A DNA stretch of 64,000 nt from the NCBI GenBank assembly GCA_963695545.1, contig OY968796.1, positions 2,816,001-2,880,000 of the forward strand. The letters run 5' to 3'. Origin of the DNA: Terriglobia bacterium. GTDB lineage: Bacteria; Acidobacteriota; Terriglobia; Acidiferrales; UBA7541. The translations under genes and the position numbers were made by a program. The notes under the pieces were generated by a model that did not search any database, was not told the DNA's origin, and was given only the letters and a program-made list of their open reading frames with translations. Shown here one piece after another: positions 19,682 to 29,249 of the stretch (its first letter is position 1; each line of letters opens with the position of its first letter).

Positions 19682-19908
19682 TCGTGATCGCCGCTCAAAG
19701 CGGTGCGCGCGTGTCCCCGCAAGCCATGCAGGGACAGATCGATGAAGGCCGCGCCGCCGTGCTTCTCGGATTCAGCCGCGAATCCTTACGGCGCATGTCC
19801 GAGGAACTCGGCATCGGCCGCAAAAACGCCGACGCCGCGAGCGACACGATCGTTTTCACCTACGAGGAATTGTATCGGCTCTGCCGCTCCTCAATTCGAG
19901 CGGCCTGA
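19678..19908 (+). CDS. Small MerR/excisionase-like HTH protein (putative)
   Basis: IDEGRAAVLLGFSRESLRRMSEELGIG..FTYEEL. The start overlaps the upstream stop; an alternative ATG is at 19726. Confidence 0.55.
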   Translation: MIVIAAQSGARVSPQAMQGQIDEGRAAVLLGFSRESLRRMSEELGIGRKNADAASDTIVFTYEELYRLCRSSIRAA

Positions 19909-19961
19909 CAGCCACACAAACGAGTTTACTCCGGCCCCCGCTTCTGTTTTATCCCCCACGG

Positions 19962-20005
19962 CCCCGGGTCTGCATCCCCCTGACGGACCCGGGGTCTTCC
20001 TCTTC
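19962..20005 (+). terminator. Terminator-like hairpin
   Basis: CCCCGGGTC..GACCCGGGG stem followed by TCTTCCTCTT. Confidence 0.45.
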
Positions 20006-20090
20006 CCGACCTGCGCGGAGCGCATTGCCCTAAACACTGCACGCGATCGCCCGCTTCCCAACTCGGCGCCCCACATTAGATACTACGGTC

Positions 20091-21677
20091 GTGACCTCGC
20101 CCACCGCCGCCGTCCTCGGCGAAATTGGATTGCCCGCCCCCATTCGTGAATTGTCCGCGCGCCGCTGGGATGTAGTGATCGTTGGCGCCGGCCACAACGG
20201 CCTCGCGTGTGCGGCCTACCTCGCCCGCGCCGGCAAACGCGTGCTGGTTCTCGAGAGCAGCGCGCGAGTCGGCGGCGCGTGCACCATCGAGGAACCTTTC
20301 GCTGGCGTGCGCATGTCTCCCTGCGCGTATCTAGCCGGACTGCTCCATCCCTTGGTCATTTCGGAATTGAATCTTCCCGAGCGCGGCTTCGCGTGGACGC
20401 CCGCCGTCAACGGCCTCTTCGTTCCGTTCCTCGACGGCTCAAGCGTTCAGCTCTGGGACGACGACGCGCGCTGCGAAGCCGAAATTCGCGCCCTCGCTCC
20501 GCGCGATGTAGAAGGCTGGCGCGCGATGAACGACGTCCTCCGCCGACTGCGCGATGCTCTCCGCCCTCACGGCGATGGCGATCTCTGGATCGGCGAGCCT
20601 CCCACGCAAGAACAACTCGAAGCGCGCCTCGCCGGCGACGAAGAAGCGCGCCTCGTGCTCTTCGATTGGTCCATGGCCGAATTCGTCGAACACTATTTGC
20701 GCGATGAGCGCCTGCAAATCGCCTACCTCGGCCAAGGCGTAATCGGCACCAACGCCAGCCCCTTTGACGCCGGCACCGCCAGCATTCGCTTCCATCATGC
20801 ATCCGGCCGCCTCGGCGGAATGCCCGGCATGTGGGGCTACGTCAAAGGCGGCATGGGCATGGTCTCTTTTTATTTTTGCGATGCCGCGCGCGATGCCGGA
20901 GCGGTCGTCGCCACAGGCGTCCCCGTCGCGCGCATCGCGCCCGCCGAAGGCGTCTTCCTCGAATCCGGCGAATTCATCGCTGCGCCAATCGTGATCTCGA
21001 ATGCTGATCCTCGCCAGACGCTCCGGCTCCTCGGCCCCGCGGCCGATCCCGCGTGGCGCGCGCGCGTCGAAGAAATTCCCATCGAAGGCTGCACCGTGAA
21101 GCTCAACGTTCTTCTCCGCGAGCTGCCCAATTTCACCACGCGCCCCGGCGTCAACGAGCCTCACCACTACGGACAAATCAACACTCCGCTCACCAAGCCC
21201 GAATGGCGGGCCGCATTCGCCGCCGCCCGCCGCGGCGAATTGCCCGAGCATCTCTGGTGCGAACTTTATTTCCAAAGTGTCCACGATCCGAGCGTCGCCC
21301 CCGCCGGCCGTCACACCATGAGCGTCTTCGCGCAGTACGTGCCCTACAATTTCGCGCGCGGCACATGGGACGAGCGCCGCGAAGAAGTCCGCGCCCTCGC
21401 GCTCCGCTCGCTTGCCCGCTTCTGCTCCAACATCCCGAGCGCCGTGATCGACGCGCAGGTCCTCGGTCCCCCCGATATCGAACGCCGCGTCGGCCTCACC
21501 GGCGGCCACATTTTTCAAGGCGAATGTTTGCCGCCCTACATGTGGTCGCATCGCCTTTCCGCGCGCACGCCCATGCCCGGCCTCTATCTGTGCGGCGCTT
21601 GCACGCATCCCGGCGGCAGCGTCATCGGCATCAACGGCCGCAACGCCGCCATGGCCGTCCTCCGCGACACCGCGTAG
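20091..21677 (+). CDS. Phytoene dehydrogenase-like (PYROXD2-type) FAD oxidoreductase
   Basis: VIVGAGHNGL, GGMG, GGHIFQG and LYLCGACTHPGGSVIGINGRNAA motifs. Confidence 0.9.
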   Translation: MTSPTAAVLGEIGLPAPIRELSARRWDVVIVGAGHNGLACAAYLARAGKRVLVLESSARVGGACTIEEPFAGVRMSPCAYLAGLLHPLVISELNLPERGFAWTPAVNGLFVPFLDGSSVQLWDDDARCEAEIRALAPRDVEGWRAMNDVLRRLRDALRPHGDGDLWIGEPPTQEQLEARLAGDEEARLVLFDWSMAEFVEHYLRDERLQIAYLGQGVIGTNASPFDAGTASIRFHHASGRLGGMPGMWGYVKGGMGMVSFYFCDAARDAGAVVATGVPVARIAPAEGVFLESGEFIAAPIVISNADPRQTLRLLGPAADPAWRARVEEIPIEGCTVKLNVLLRELPNFTTRPGVNEPHHYGQINTPLTKPEWRAAFAAARRGELPEHLWCELYFQSVHDPSVAPAGRHTMSVFAQYVPYNFARGTWDERREEVRALALRSLARFCSNIPSAVIDAQVLGPPDIERRVGLTGGHIFQGECLPPYMWSHRLSARTPMPGLYLCGACTHPGGSVIGINGRNAAMAVLRDTA

Positions 21678-21855
21678 CGCCGCACTCACGGCGCCTCCGC
21701 GCAAGCGATGAGCGTGCACCCCGCGCTCGCGTCACCTGTCCTTGCAGCCAGCTATCGGTTTCGCGCCATTTGCCGCGCGCGCCCGTGCGCAGCATCGCGA
21801 TTGCATATCATGGAACAGCGCGCCACCGGAGCTCGCGATCCAATGGGGAGGCACC

Positions 21856-22191
21856 ATGCCCAAGACTTCGTTTTCGGTTAAGCGCGCGAATCCGCGTTTC
21901 TCGTTTGTCGCCGACGCCGAAATGGTCGGCCTCCGCGACGGCAGTCGCATCGTCGGCCGCATCGCCGAACTCAGTTCGCTCGGCTGCTATGTTGACGCCG
22001 TCGATCCTGCTCCAATCGGCACGCTTCTGCGTCTGCGCATCCGCTATGGCTGCAGCACCTGCGATATCCCTGGAAAAGTTATTTACACGCACTCCGGCTG
22101 GGGCATGGGCGTGCTCTTCGGAGACGCGTCGCCCCGTCAGCGATCCACCATCGAAGATTGGCTCAGCGAACTCGCCCGCAAATCCGCCTAG
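21856..22191 (+). CDS. PilZ domain protein
   Basis: RANPR and ELSSLGC c-di-GMP motifs, plus GMGVLF. GGGAGG RBS. Confidence 0.85.
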   Translation: MPKTSFSVKRANPRFSFVADAEMVGLRDGSRIVGRIAELSSLGCYVDAVDPAPIGTLLRLRIRYGCSTCDIPGKVIYTHSGWGMGVLFGDASPRQRSTIEDWLSELARKSA

Positions 22192-22436
22192 CCACTGCGT
22201 CAATCCTTGCCGCAAACAATTTATTCCACCTTCAACCGCGATTTCATTAGCACCACCACATACGCATTCCAGATCGATAGCGCGTAGTACAAGCTCAACT
22301 CCGATCCATTCACCTTCGTCCATCGCTCCACGGCCCCCACGGCGTGCGCGAATAGCTCAACGCGATTCCACGCGGCGCGGTTCGTCTGTCGTATATGCTT
22401 CACACCAAGCATTCGGCACGGCAAAGGAGCAACACC

Positions 22437-23414
22437 ATGAAAGCCGCAATCGTCACCGCAGCCGCCAAGTCGCCCGTCTACGGCGACTTCGATGCGCCCG
22501 TCGCCAAGCCCGGCGAAGAACTCATTTCCGTTCGAGCCTCCGCACTGAGTCAGTTCACGAAATCGCGAGCCTCGGGCGCGCACTACAGTTCCGACGGCGC
22601 CTTCCCGTCAATCGCCGGTTCCGATGGCGTCGGCCTAACGCAGCATGGCAGGCGCGTCTATTTCGCCTTGCCTGAGCCGCCCTTTGGCTCGCTCGCGGAA
22701 CTCTGCCCCGTCCGCGCGAATCGCTGCGTCGATCTTCCCGGTTCTCTCGATGACGTCACTGCCGCCGCCATCGCCAACCCCGGCATGTCCGCCTGGGCCG
22801 CGCTCGTCGAGCGCGCCCACCTTGTCGCCGGTGAAACAGTCCTCGTCAACGGCGCCACCGGCACCGCCGGCCGGCTTGCCGTTCAACTGGCGAAGTACCT
22901 CGGAGCGGCCAAAGTCATCGCCACAGCTCGCAACGCGCAAGAACTCGAAGAGGTAAAGTCGCTCGGCGCAGACGTCGTCATTCCGTTCACCCTCGGCGCC
23001 CTGCATCCATCAGGAGCAAAGGACTACGAGAACGCCCTGAAACAGGTTTTCGCCTCCGGCATCAACGTGGTCATCGATTATCTGTGGGGCGAAAGCGCGA
23101 GAACCGTGATCGTAGCCATCGCGAAGGCTGTGGACGACGCCACACCCGTCCGCTTCGTTCACGTCGGCGGAGCAAGCCGTGAGGAGAGCATGGATCTCCC
23201 CGGCGCCGCGCTTCGCTCATCGGCCATCATGCTCATGGGCAGCGGAGCCAAAAGTGTGCCTCTCCCCGTTCTCCTGCAAGCTGTCAGCAGCGTCTTCCAA
23301 GCCGTCGCGCCCGCAGCCCTGAAGATCGCAACCAACGTCGTCCCGCTCTCCGACGTCGAAGAAGTGTGGGACAAAGCCCCCGGCAAACCGCGTGTAGTCT
23401 TCTCCATCGAGTAG
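22437..23414 (+). CDS. MDR family / quinone oxidoreductase-like protein
   Basis: VLVNGATGTAG, AVQLAKYLGA and VIDYLWG motifs. AAGGAG RBS. Confidence 0.9.
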   Translation: MKAAIVTAAAKSPVYGDFDAPVAKPGEELISVRASALSQFTKSRASGAHYSSDGAFPSIAGSDGVGLTQHGRRVYFALPEPPFGSLAELCPVRANRCVDLPGSLDDVTAAAIANPGMSAWAALVERAHLVAGETVLVNGATGTAGRLAVQLAKYLGAAKVIATARNAQELEEVKSLGADVVIPFTLGALHPSGAKDYENALKQVFASGINVVIDYLWGESARTVIVAIAKAVDDATPVRFVHVGGASREESMDLPGAALRSSAIMLMGSGAKSVPLPVLLQAVSSVFQAVAPAALKIATNVVPLSDVEEVWDKAPGKPRVVFSIE

Positions 23415-23524
23415 CACAGCCACTCTTGGCTGTGTGCCTTTGCTTTCTCCCCGCGCGTGCCGCGCTCCGCGCGGTCCCGACCGCAGTCCAGGGCTCGGCG
23501 AACTCGTAAGTTTCTCAGCGATTC

Positions 23525-23975
23525 CAGCCCGTAGGGGCGGCACATTTTAGCCCAGGGCGAGGAAACCCTGGGTACGCAAAGCAAAAAAAGCCCTTCTAGC
23601 AATTGTCTTGTATGAGCCCGCAGAGGCGACGCGGCCTCGCGCCGAGAATGCCTGCGCCACTCCGCGCGCCCGCCACCACGGCGCGGGGTCAGCCCCGTAG
23701 GACCGGCAGAGCTCAGCCTGGGGCGTCGGCCTTGGGTACGGAAAGCAAAAAAGGCCCTCTATCAATTGCCTTATTTGACCCCGTAGAGACGACACAGCCT
23801 CGTGCCCAGGGATGCGTGCGCCACGCCGCGCGAGCGCCCGCGCGGCGCAGAACCAGCCCCGTAGGGGCGGCAGAGCTTAGCCTGGGGCGAGGAAACCCTG
23901 GGTACGCAAAGCAAAAAAATCCTTCTATCAATTGTTTTGTATGAGCCCCGTAGGGGCGACACAGCCTTTCGCCGT
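23525..23975. repeat. REP-like tandem array, about 165-bp unit, ~2.75 copies
   Basis: Units start at about 23525, 23690 and 23854. Each has GCCC(C)GTAGGGGC palindromes, a CCCAGGG..CCCTGGG hairpin and GGTACGCAAAGCAAAAAA. Confidence 0.85.
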
Positions 23976-24046
23976 GCGCCCCAGCCGCATCCACCTCGCG
24001 TCCCCGTGATATACTTCGCGTAGTTTTCAGCTTTGCGGAGGCCAAG

Positions 24047-25252
24047 ATGCCGAACACGCTCCGTCCCGCCCTGTTAGTCTTGGTTTCCTTTGCGATGTGT
24101 CTCTCGCTCAGCGCACAGACTCCTGAGTCCGTCGCCGGGACGCACCAAACCGATCCCTCCGATCGCTCCGCGCTCAGCGCTGACGATCTAGCGATCGCAC
24201 GGGACTGCTGGGGCGGCACCGCCGCGCACTGGGAAGGCCTAACAAAACAGGCGCTCCGCAACCAGGTCACCTACGGCGGCTCGATAACATCTGTTGCCTT
24301 CAGCCCCGACGGTAGCGCGCTCGCTTCCGGGTGCTGGGGCGGCGCAGTCAGGCTGTGGGACGTCGCGACCGGGCGGGAATTCCGCACGCTGACCGGCCAC
24401 GAGTGCGCGGTCACATCCATCGCGTTCAGCCCCGACGGGAATTCGATCGCCTCGGCGTCAGGCTGCGGCTCGGCTGACGACTCGATAGGAAACAATACGA
24501 TCAGGCTCTGGGACGTCACGACCGGACATTTTCGCGCCGCCGTGGCCACCGGTGGCAGGATCGTCGCGGTCGATGCGGCCTCTTTTAGTCCAGACGGACG
24601 CATTTACGTCACCGCGAATGATTACCCGCCGGACGGTTCGATTATGGTTTGGGACGCCGCGACCGGCCAGTATCTCAGCACGCTATATGCGGAGGCTGGG
24701 GTGGTCATCGATGTTGCCTTTAGCGCGGACGGCCGCACGCTCGCAGCCGCAACCAGCGCTCGCGCAGTAACGCAATGGGACGCCGCGACCTGGCAGGAAA
24801 TTAGTTCGTTCGTCGCGGGCGATCCTCACAATCTCACGTCTGTTCCCGTTCGTCTCATGGCTGTTGCTTTCAGTCCGGACGGGTCTGCTGTTGCGCTAGG
24901 AAGTGGTCGCGATGTCCAACTTTGGGACCTGGCGACCCAGCGGGAAATTCTCACTCTTAGCAGCGACGACGGCGGAGTCTACTCGATTGCTTTCAGCCCC
25001 GACGGACGTACTCTTGCATCGGGAACAAACAGCAGGATAACGATTTGGAATCTTACCAGCGGCCAGGAAATCCGCACTCTGAAGGGCCACGCTCAAGACG
25101 TCTACGCTGTTTCGTTTAGTCCCGACGGACGCACGCTTGCCTCAGGAAGCTTCGACAAGACGATCAAACTATGGGACCTCGCGACAGGGCAACTAATTCG
25201 CACGCTCGGCGGTCCCGCCCTCGAAGCCTCATCCGCGTCAGCGTCCCACTGA
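24047..25252 (+). CDS. Secreted WD40-repeat (7-blade) protein
   Basis: Signal peptide, seven (A/S)FS(P/A)DG repeats with WD/WN ends, and GH dipeptides. Confidence 0.92.
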   Translation: MPNTLRPALLVLVSFAMCLSLSAQTPESVAGTHQTDPSDRSALSADDLAIARDCWGGTAAHWEGLTKQALRNQVTYGGSITSVAFSPDGSALASGCWGGAVRLWDVATGREFRTLTGHECAVTSIAFSPDGNSIASASGCGSADDSIGNNTIRLWDVTTGHFRAAVATGGRIVAVDAASFSPDGRIYVTANDYPPDGSIMVWDAATGQYLSTLYAEAGVVIDVAFSADGRTLAAATSARAVTQWDAATWQEISSFVAGDPHNLTSVPVRLMAVAFSPDGSAVALGSGRDVQLWDLATQREILTLSSDDGGVYSIAFSPDGRTLASGTNSRITIWNLTSGQEIRTLKGHAQDVYAVSFSPDGRTLASGSFDKTIKLWDLATGQLIRTLGGPALEASSASASH

Positions 25253-25287
25253 TATACATTATTCTTACACATTTACTCTGTTACTAC

Positions 25288-25316
25288 TTGACCCTATGTC
25301 TTAGATGTGCTATCGT
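25288..25316 (+). promoter_or_regulatory. Sigma70-like promoter
   Basis: TTGACC, a 17-bp spacer and TATCGT, in an AT-rich context. Confidence 0.45.
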
Positions 25317-25886
25317 TCTTCGTGTCAGCCGAATTCAATTCGAATTACACCCCTCATCGCTCTCCAGAAAACCGGCCCACATATGCGTCTCCGCGCGCAG
25401 CCATCTGCGTCCATTCTCCGCAGCCCCACCGACTGGTTCGCCCGATATACCCATCCAATCTTGAATCTCGCTTCCATGCGACCAAACCCCCTCTGCAACC
25501 CCATGTGTTTTCAATCCATTACAAAAGAGTGCGCAACAACCTCAAAATAATAGATTTCAAGTCCCTGCATTTTCACACTCATCCGCACTCTTTTGCTGCA
25601 AACCACCTAGTTTCAATACTTTCGCAAAATCATACCGGGGGTGTATATAGGCATCGCGATCGGCGCCCTGGCGAACGCGCTAAGTCCTGTGAAATCAGAA
25701 CATCGAAATCCGGCCTTTCCACTACACCTCTCCGCTTTTCTCCTTCACCACACGTTATTGACACCGCGCCGCGCCGCGAACAGACTGTGCAACCGAATCC
25801 GTCGCGCGAAATCGCAGCCAAGAATTTCCGCGCCCCGGAAGAACGCATTCGGGTGCGGGCTCTACTTGGAGCCCGCCGGAACATCT

Positions 25887-27701
25887 ATGACCCTCTCGCT
25901 CCTCGATTGGCTGGCCATCGCCGCGTATCTCACGCTGATGCTGGTGCTCGGCCTGCATTTCCGCCGCCGCTCCGCGCAGAGCACCGAAGACTACTTCGTC
26001 TCCGGCCGACAAGTCAGTTGGTGGCTCGCCGGCACGTCCATGGTCGCGACCACCTTCGCGGCCGATACGCCGCTCGTCGTCACTGGCTTGGTCTTCGCGC
26101 AAGGAGTAGCAGGGAATTGGCTGTGGTGGAGTTTTCTGCCGTCGGGAATGATGACAGTTTTTCTCTTTGCTCGCCTCTGGCGGCGTTCCGGTCTCCTGAC
26201 CGACGTGCAGTTCGCCGAGATGCGCTACGCCGGCGGCGCCGCGGCCTTCCTGCGCGGATTCCGCGCCGTCTATCTCGGCCTGCTCATGAATTGCCTGATT
26301 CTCGGCTGGGTCACCAAGGCGATGACCAGCATCGTCGCCGTCACTCTCGGCGTCACGCAAACCCACGCGCTCGCCATCTGCATTTTCTTCCTGATTCCGT
26401 TCACCGGGTTTTACGTTTCGCTCGGCGGTCTCTGGGGCGTTCTCTGGACCGATCTCTTCCAGTTCGTCCTGAAAATGTCTCTGGTAATCGCCGTGGCCTG
26501 GTTCGGAGTGCGCAGCGTAGGTGGCATGCACGCGCTTCTGGCTCATCTCGCGGCGCAGCGCGCCGCAGCCGGGCCCGGCGCTTCCAATATCACCGCCATG
26601 CTCCCCGATTTTTCGCACGGCTGGACATCCGAAGCGCTCTGGACTCTGCCCGTGCTCACGTTCTTCGTGCATCTCGGCGTGCAATGGTGGGCGTTCTGGT
26701 ATCCCGGAGCCGAACCGGGCGGCGGCGGCTACATCGCGCAGAGAATTTTCAGCGCGCGCAACGAACGCGAAGGCCTGCTCGCCGTCCTCTGGTTCAATAT
26801 CGCGCACTACGCCATTCGCCCCTGGCCGTGGATCGTCACCGCGCTTGTCGCCGTCGCGCTCTATCCCGGCCTCGCGCATCCCGAAGATGGCTATATGCGC
26901 GTCGCGACCACCACCATGCCGCACGCGCTGCGCGGCGTGCTGATCGCCGGATTCATGGCCGCGTTCATGTCCACCATCGCCACGCAGCTCAATTGGGGCA
27001 GCTCGTATTTAATCGAAGATTTCTATCGCCGCTTCCTGCGCCGCAACGCGAGCGAGCGCCACTACGTGCACGCCTCGCGCGTGGCAACTCTTCTTCTCGT
27101 CGCGGCCGCCGCCTATGTTTCCGCGCAACTCGCCACGGTCGGTCAAGGCTGGGAAGTTGTGCTCGAAGTCGGCGCGGGCACCGGCGGCGTCTATCTGCTG
27201 CGTTGGTATTGGTGGCGCATCAATGCCTGGAGCGAAATTTCCGCCATGGCCGCGGCTCTGGTCTCCACTCTCGCGCTGCACTGGCGAAATCCATTCGTCG
27301 GTTCCGTGCCGCTGGTCTTCGCCAAGACCACGCTCACGACCACCGCGATCACCACGATCGTTTGGGTCGCCGTAACTTTTCTCACTCCCGCCGAGCCCGA
27401 CGACGTCCTCACCCGCTTTTATCGCCACGTGCGTCCCGACGCGCTGGGCTGGCGTCCCATCGCCGCGCGCGCGCCGGAGGTGCCCCCGACCCATGACCTC
27501 GGCCGCAATCTTTTCGATTGGCTGCTCGGCTGCGTGATGGTTTACGCCGCGCTCTTCGCCGGCGGAAAATTTTGCTTCCTTCAATATCGCGCCGGCTTCG
27601 CGCTCAGCGCCGTAGCCATTGTTTCCGCCGTACTGCTCCATCGCGACATCACGCGCCGCTTCGACGCCGGCGCCAGTGCGACCGAGACCACAAGTGCCTG
27701 A
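25887..27701 (+). CDS. Sodium:solute symporter (SSS) family transporter
   Basis: EDYFVSGR, SMVATTFAADTPL, YIAQRIFSA, PWPW and AAFMSTIATQLNWG motifs; many TM helices. Confidence 0.93.
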   Translation: MTLSLLDWLAIAAYLTLMLVLGLHFRRRSAQSTEDYFVSGRQVSWWLAGTSMVATTFAADTPLVVTGLVFAQGVAGNWLWWSFLPSGMMTVFLFARLWRRSGLLTDVQFAEMRYAGGAAAFLRGFRAVYLGLLMNCLILGWVTKAMTSIVAVTLGVTQTHALAICIFFLIPFTGFYVSLGGLWGVLWTDLFQFVLKMSLVIAVAWFGVRSVGGMHALLAHLAAQRAAAGPGASNITAMLPDFSHGWTSEALWTLPVLTFFVHLGVQWWAFWYPGAEPGGGGYIAQRIFSARNEREGLLAVLWFNIAHYAIRPWPWIVTALVAVALYPGLAHPEDGYMRVATTTMPHALRGVLIAGFMAAFMSTIATQLNWGSSYLIEDFYRRFLRRNASERHYVHASRVATLLLVAAAAYVSAQLATVGQGWEVVLEVGAGTGGVYLLRWYWWRINAWSEISAMAAALVSTLALHWRNPFVGSVPLVFAKTTLTTTAITTIVWVAVTFLTPAEPDDVLTRFYRHVRPDALGWRPIAARAPEVPPTHDLGRNLFDWLLGCVMVYAALFAGGKFCFLQYRAGFALSAVAIVSAVLLHRDITRRFDAGASATETTSA

Positions 27702-29001
27702 CGCTCCCGGGCCATCGAGCGGCGGCGCAAGCAACGCCGGCGCGAGCGGCAGGGACGCGAGCGGCAGCAGCGGCGCGAACCGCGGCGAAGGTGTTGGTCG
27801 CAACACTCGCACCGGCCGCTCTCACGCCATCGCCGCCGGCCTGCTCGGCTTCACGTTCGACGCGTTCGATTTTTTCGTCGTAGTTTTTCTCATCGGCACG
27901 CTGGCCACCGCGTTTCGCGTCGACAAATCCGCCATCGTCTGGGCCATGACGCTCACTCTCGCCATGCGTCCCGTCGGCGCGCTGCTCTTCGGCCTGCTCT
28001 CCGACCGCTACGGCCGCCGCGTTCCGTTGATGATCAACGTAATTTATTTTTCGATCGTCGAAGTTCTCTGCGGCTTCTCACCCAACTTCACATTTTTTCT
28101 GGTGATGCGCGCGCTCTTCGGCATCGGCATGGGCGGCGAATGGGGCGTCGGCGCGTCGCTCACCATGGAAGCCGCGCCCATTCGCTGGCGCGGCTGGCTC
28201 AGCGGTGCGCTGCAAGGCGGATATCCCGCCGGATATTTGCTCGCCGCGGTCGCCGCGCGATTCCTCTTGCCCACCTGGGGCTGGCGCTCGATGTTTTTCG
28301 TCGGCGCGGTTCCCGCGCTTCTCGCGCTCTACATTCGCTCGAAAGTACCCGAATCCACGGCCTGGCAGCAGCGACGCGCGCCGTCGATGCTCGCCGTGTT
28401 GCGCTCGGTCGCGCAGGATTGGAAGAATTTCGCGTATCTCGCCGCGCTGATGGCTTTCATGCCGTTCCTTTCTCACGGCTCGCAGGATTTGTACCCCGAT
28501 TTCCTCCGCACCGTGCATCACGTCGCTGACGCCACCATCTCCAACATCGCAATCCTCTACAACGCCGCGGCCATACTCGGCGGCATCGCCTTCGGCCAAA
28601 TCTCGGAGTGGGTTGGCCGGCGAAAAAGCATGGTCGGCGCGCTCGTCGTTGCGCTTCTCGCGATTCCGCTCTGGGCCTTCGCCACCAATCTGCACGCGCT
28701 CGTGATTGGCGCCGTGCTCATGCAGATCGGCGCGCAGGGAACCTGGGGCGTCATCCCCGTTCATCTGAACGAGATGTCGCCCGATCACGCCCGCGGCCTC
28801 GTTCCCGGCCTCGCGTATCAGCTCGGAATCCTGATCGCCGCACCCACAAATTCAATCGAATACGCCCTGCGCGACCGTTTTGGTTACCAGTGGGCCCTCG
28901 CCGGTTTCGAGAGCGTGACGATCGTGGTGCTGATCGTACTGGTCTCGCTTGGTCACGAGCGCCGCGGCCGCAGCTTTTCCGCTCCCGCCGCGGGCCCGTA
29001 G
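27694..29001 (+). CDS. MFS transporter, SHS (NanT/Jen1-like carboxylate) family
   Basis: DAFDFF, MRPVGA, SDRYGRR, GMGGEWG and HGSQDLYP motifs. The GTG start overlaps the SSS stop. Confidence 0.9.
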   Translation: MPDAPGPSSGGASNAGASGRDASGSSGANRGEGVGRNTRTGRSHAIAAGLLGFTFDAFDFFVVVFLIGTLATAFRVDKSAIVWAMTLTLAMRPVGALLFGLLSDRYGRRVPLMINVIYFSIVEVLCGFSPNFTFFLVMRALFGIGMGGEWGVGASLTMEAAPIRWRGWLSGALQGGYPAGYLLAAVAARFLLPTWGWRSMFFVGAVPALLALYIRSKVPESTAWQQRRAPSMLAVLRSVAQDWKNFAYLAALMAFMPFLSHGSQDLYPDFLRTVHHVADATISNIAILYNAAAILGGIAFGQISEWVGRRKSMVGALVVALLAIPLWAFATNLHALVIGAVLMQIGAQGTWGVIPVHLNEMSPDHARGLVPGLAYQLGILIAAPTNSIEYALRDRFGYQWALAGFESVTIVVLIVLVSLGHERRGRSFSAPAAGP

Positions 29002-29249
29002 GTGCTCCTAGCGGCCCTGAGGGGTGGGCTGCGAGCCAACAAAACGGGCATCGGAAGGCATTTGTTTTATGGTACAACAATATACCCCCAGAGGGCGCCG
29101 GGGAGCCGGTCCGGCCACCAGATTGGTCGAATGCGACGACTAACCCAGGCCGAAACAGCCTGTTGGGGATCGGCACAGCGCTACGTAACTTCCGGGCGTA
29201 AACCCGCTGCGGGCTCTGCGTAGAGTTCGCTGGTTCCAGGAGGAAAAAC

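Noticed and set aside
21053..22675. 540-aa ORF, and similar long ORFs at 15499-17094, 31052-32824, 43140-44861 and 47052-48494
   Set aside because: These are alternative-frame or antisense shadows of well-supported genes, typical of high-GC DNA.
23525..23975. CRISPR array
   Set aside because: The units are about 165 bp and degenerate, the linkers are homologous to each other, and there are no cas genes.
25307..27496. 729-aa ORF
   Set aside because: It is an Arg-rich off-frame shadow of the SSS transporter extended into non-coding DNA.
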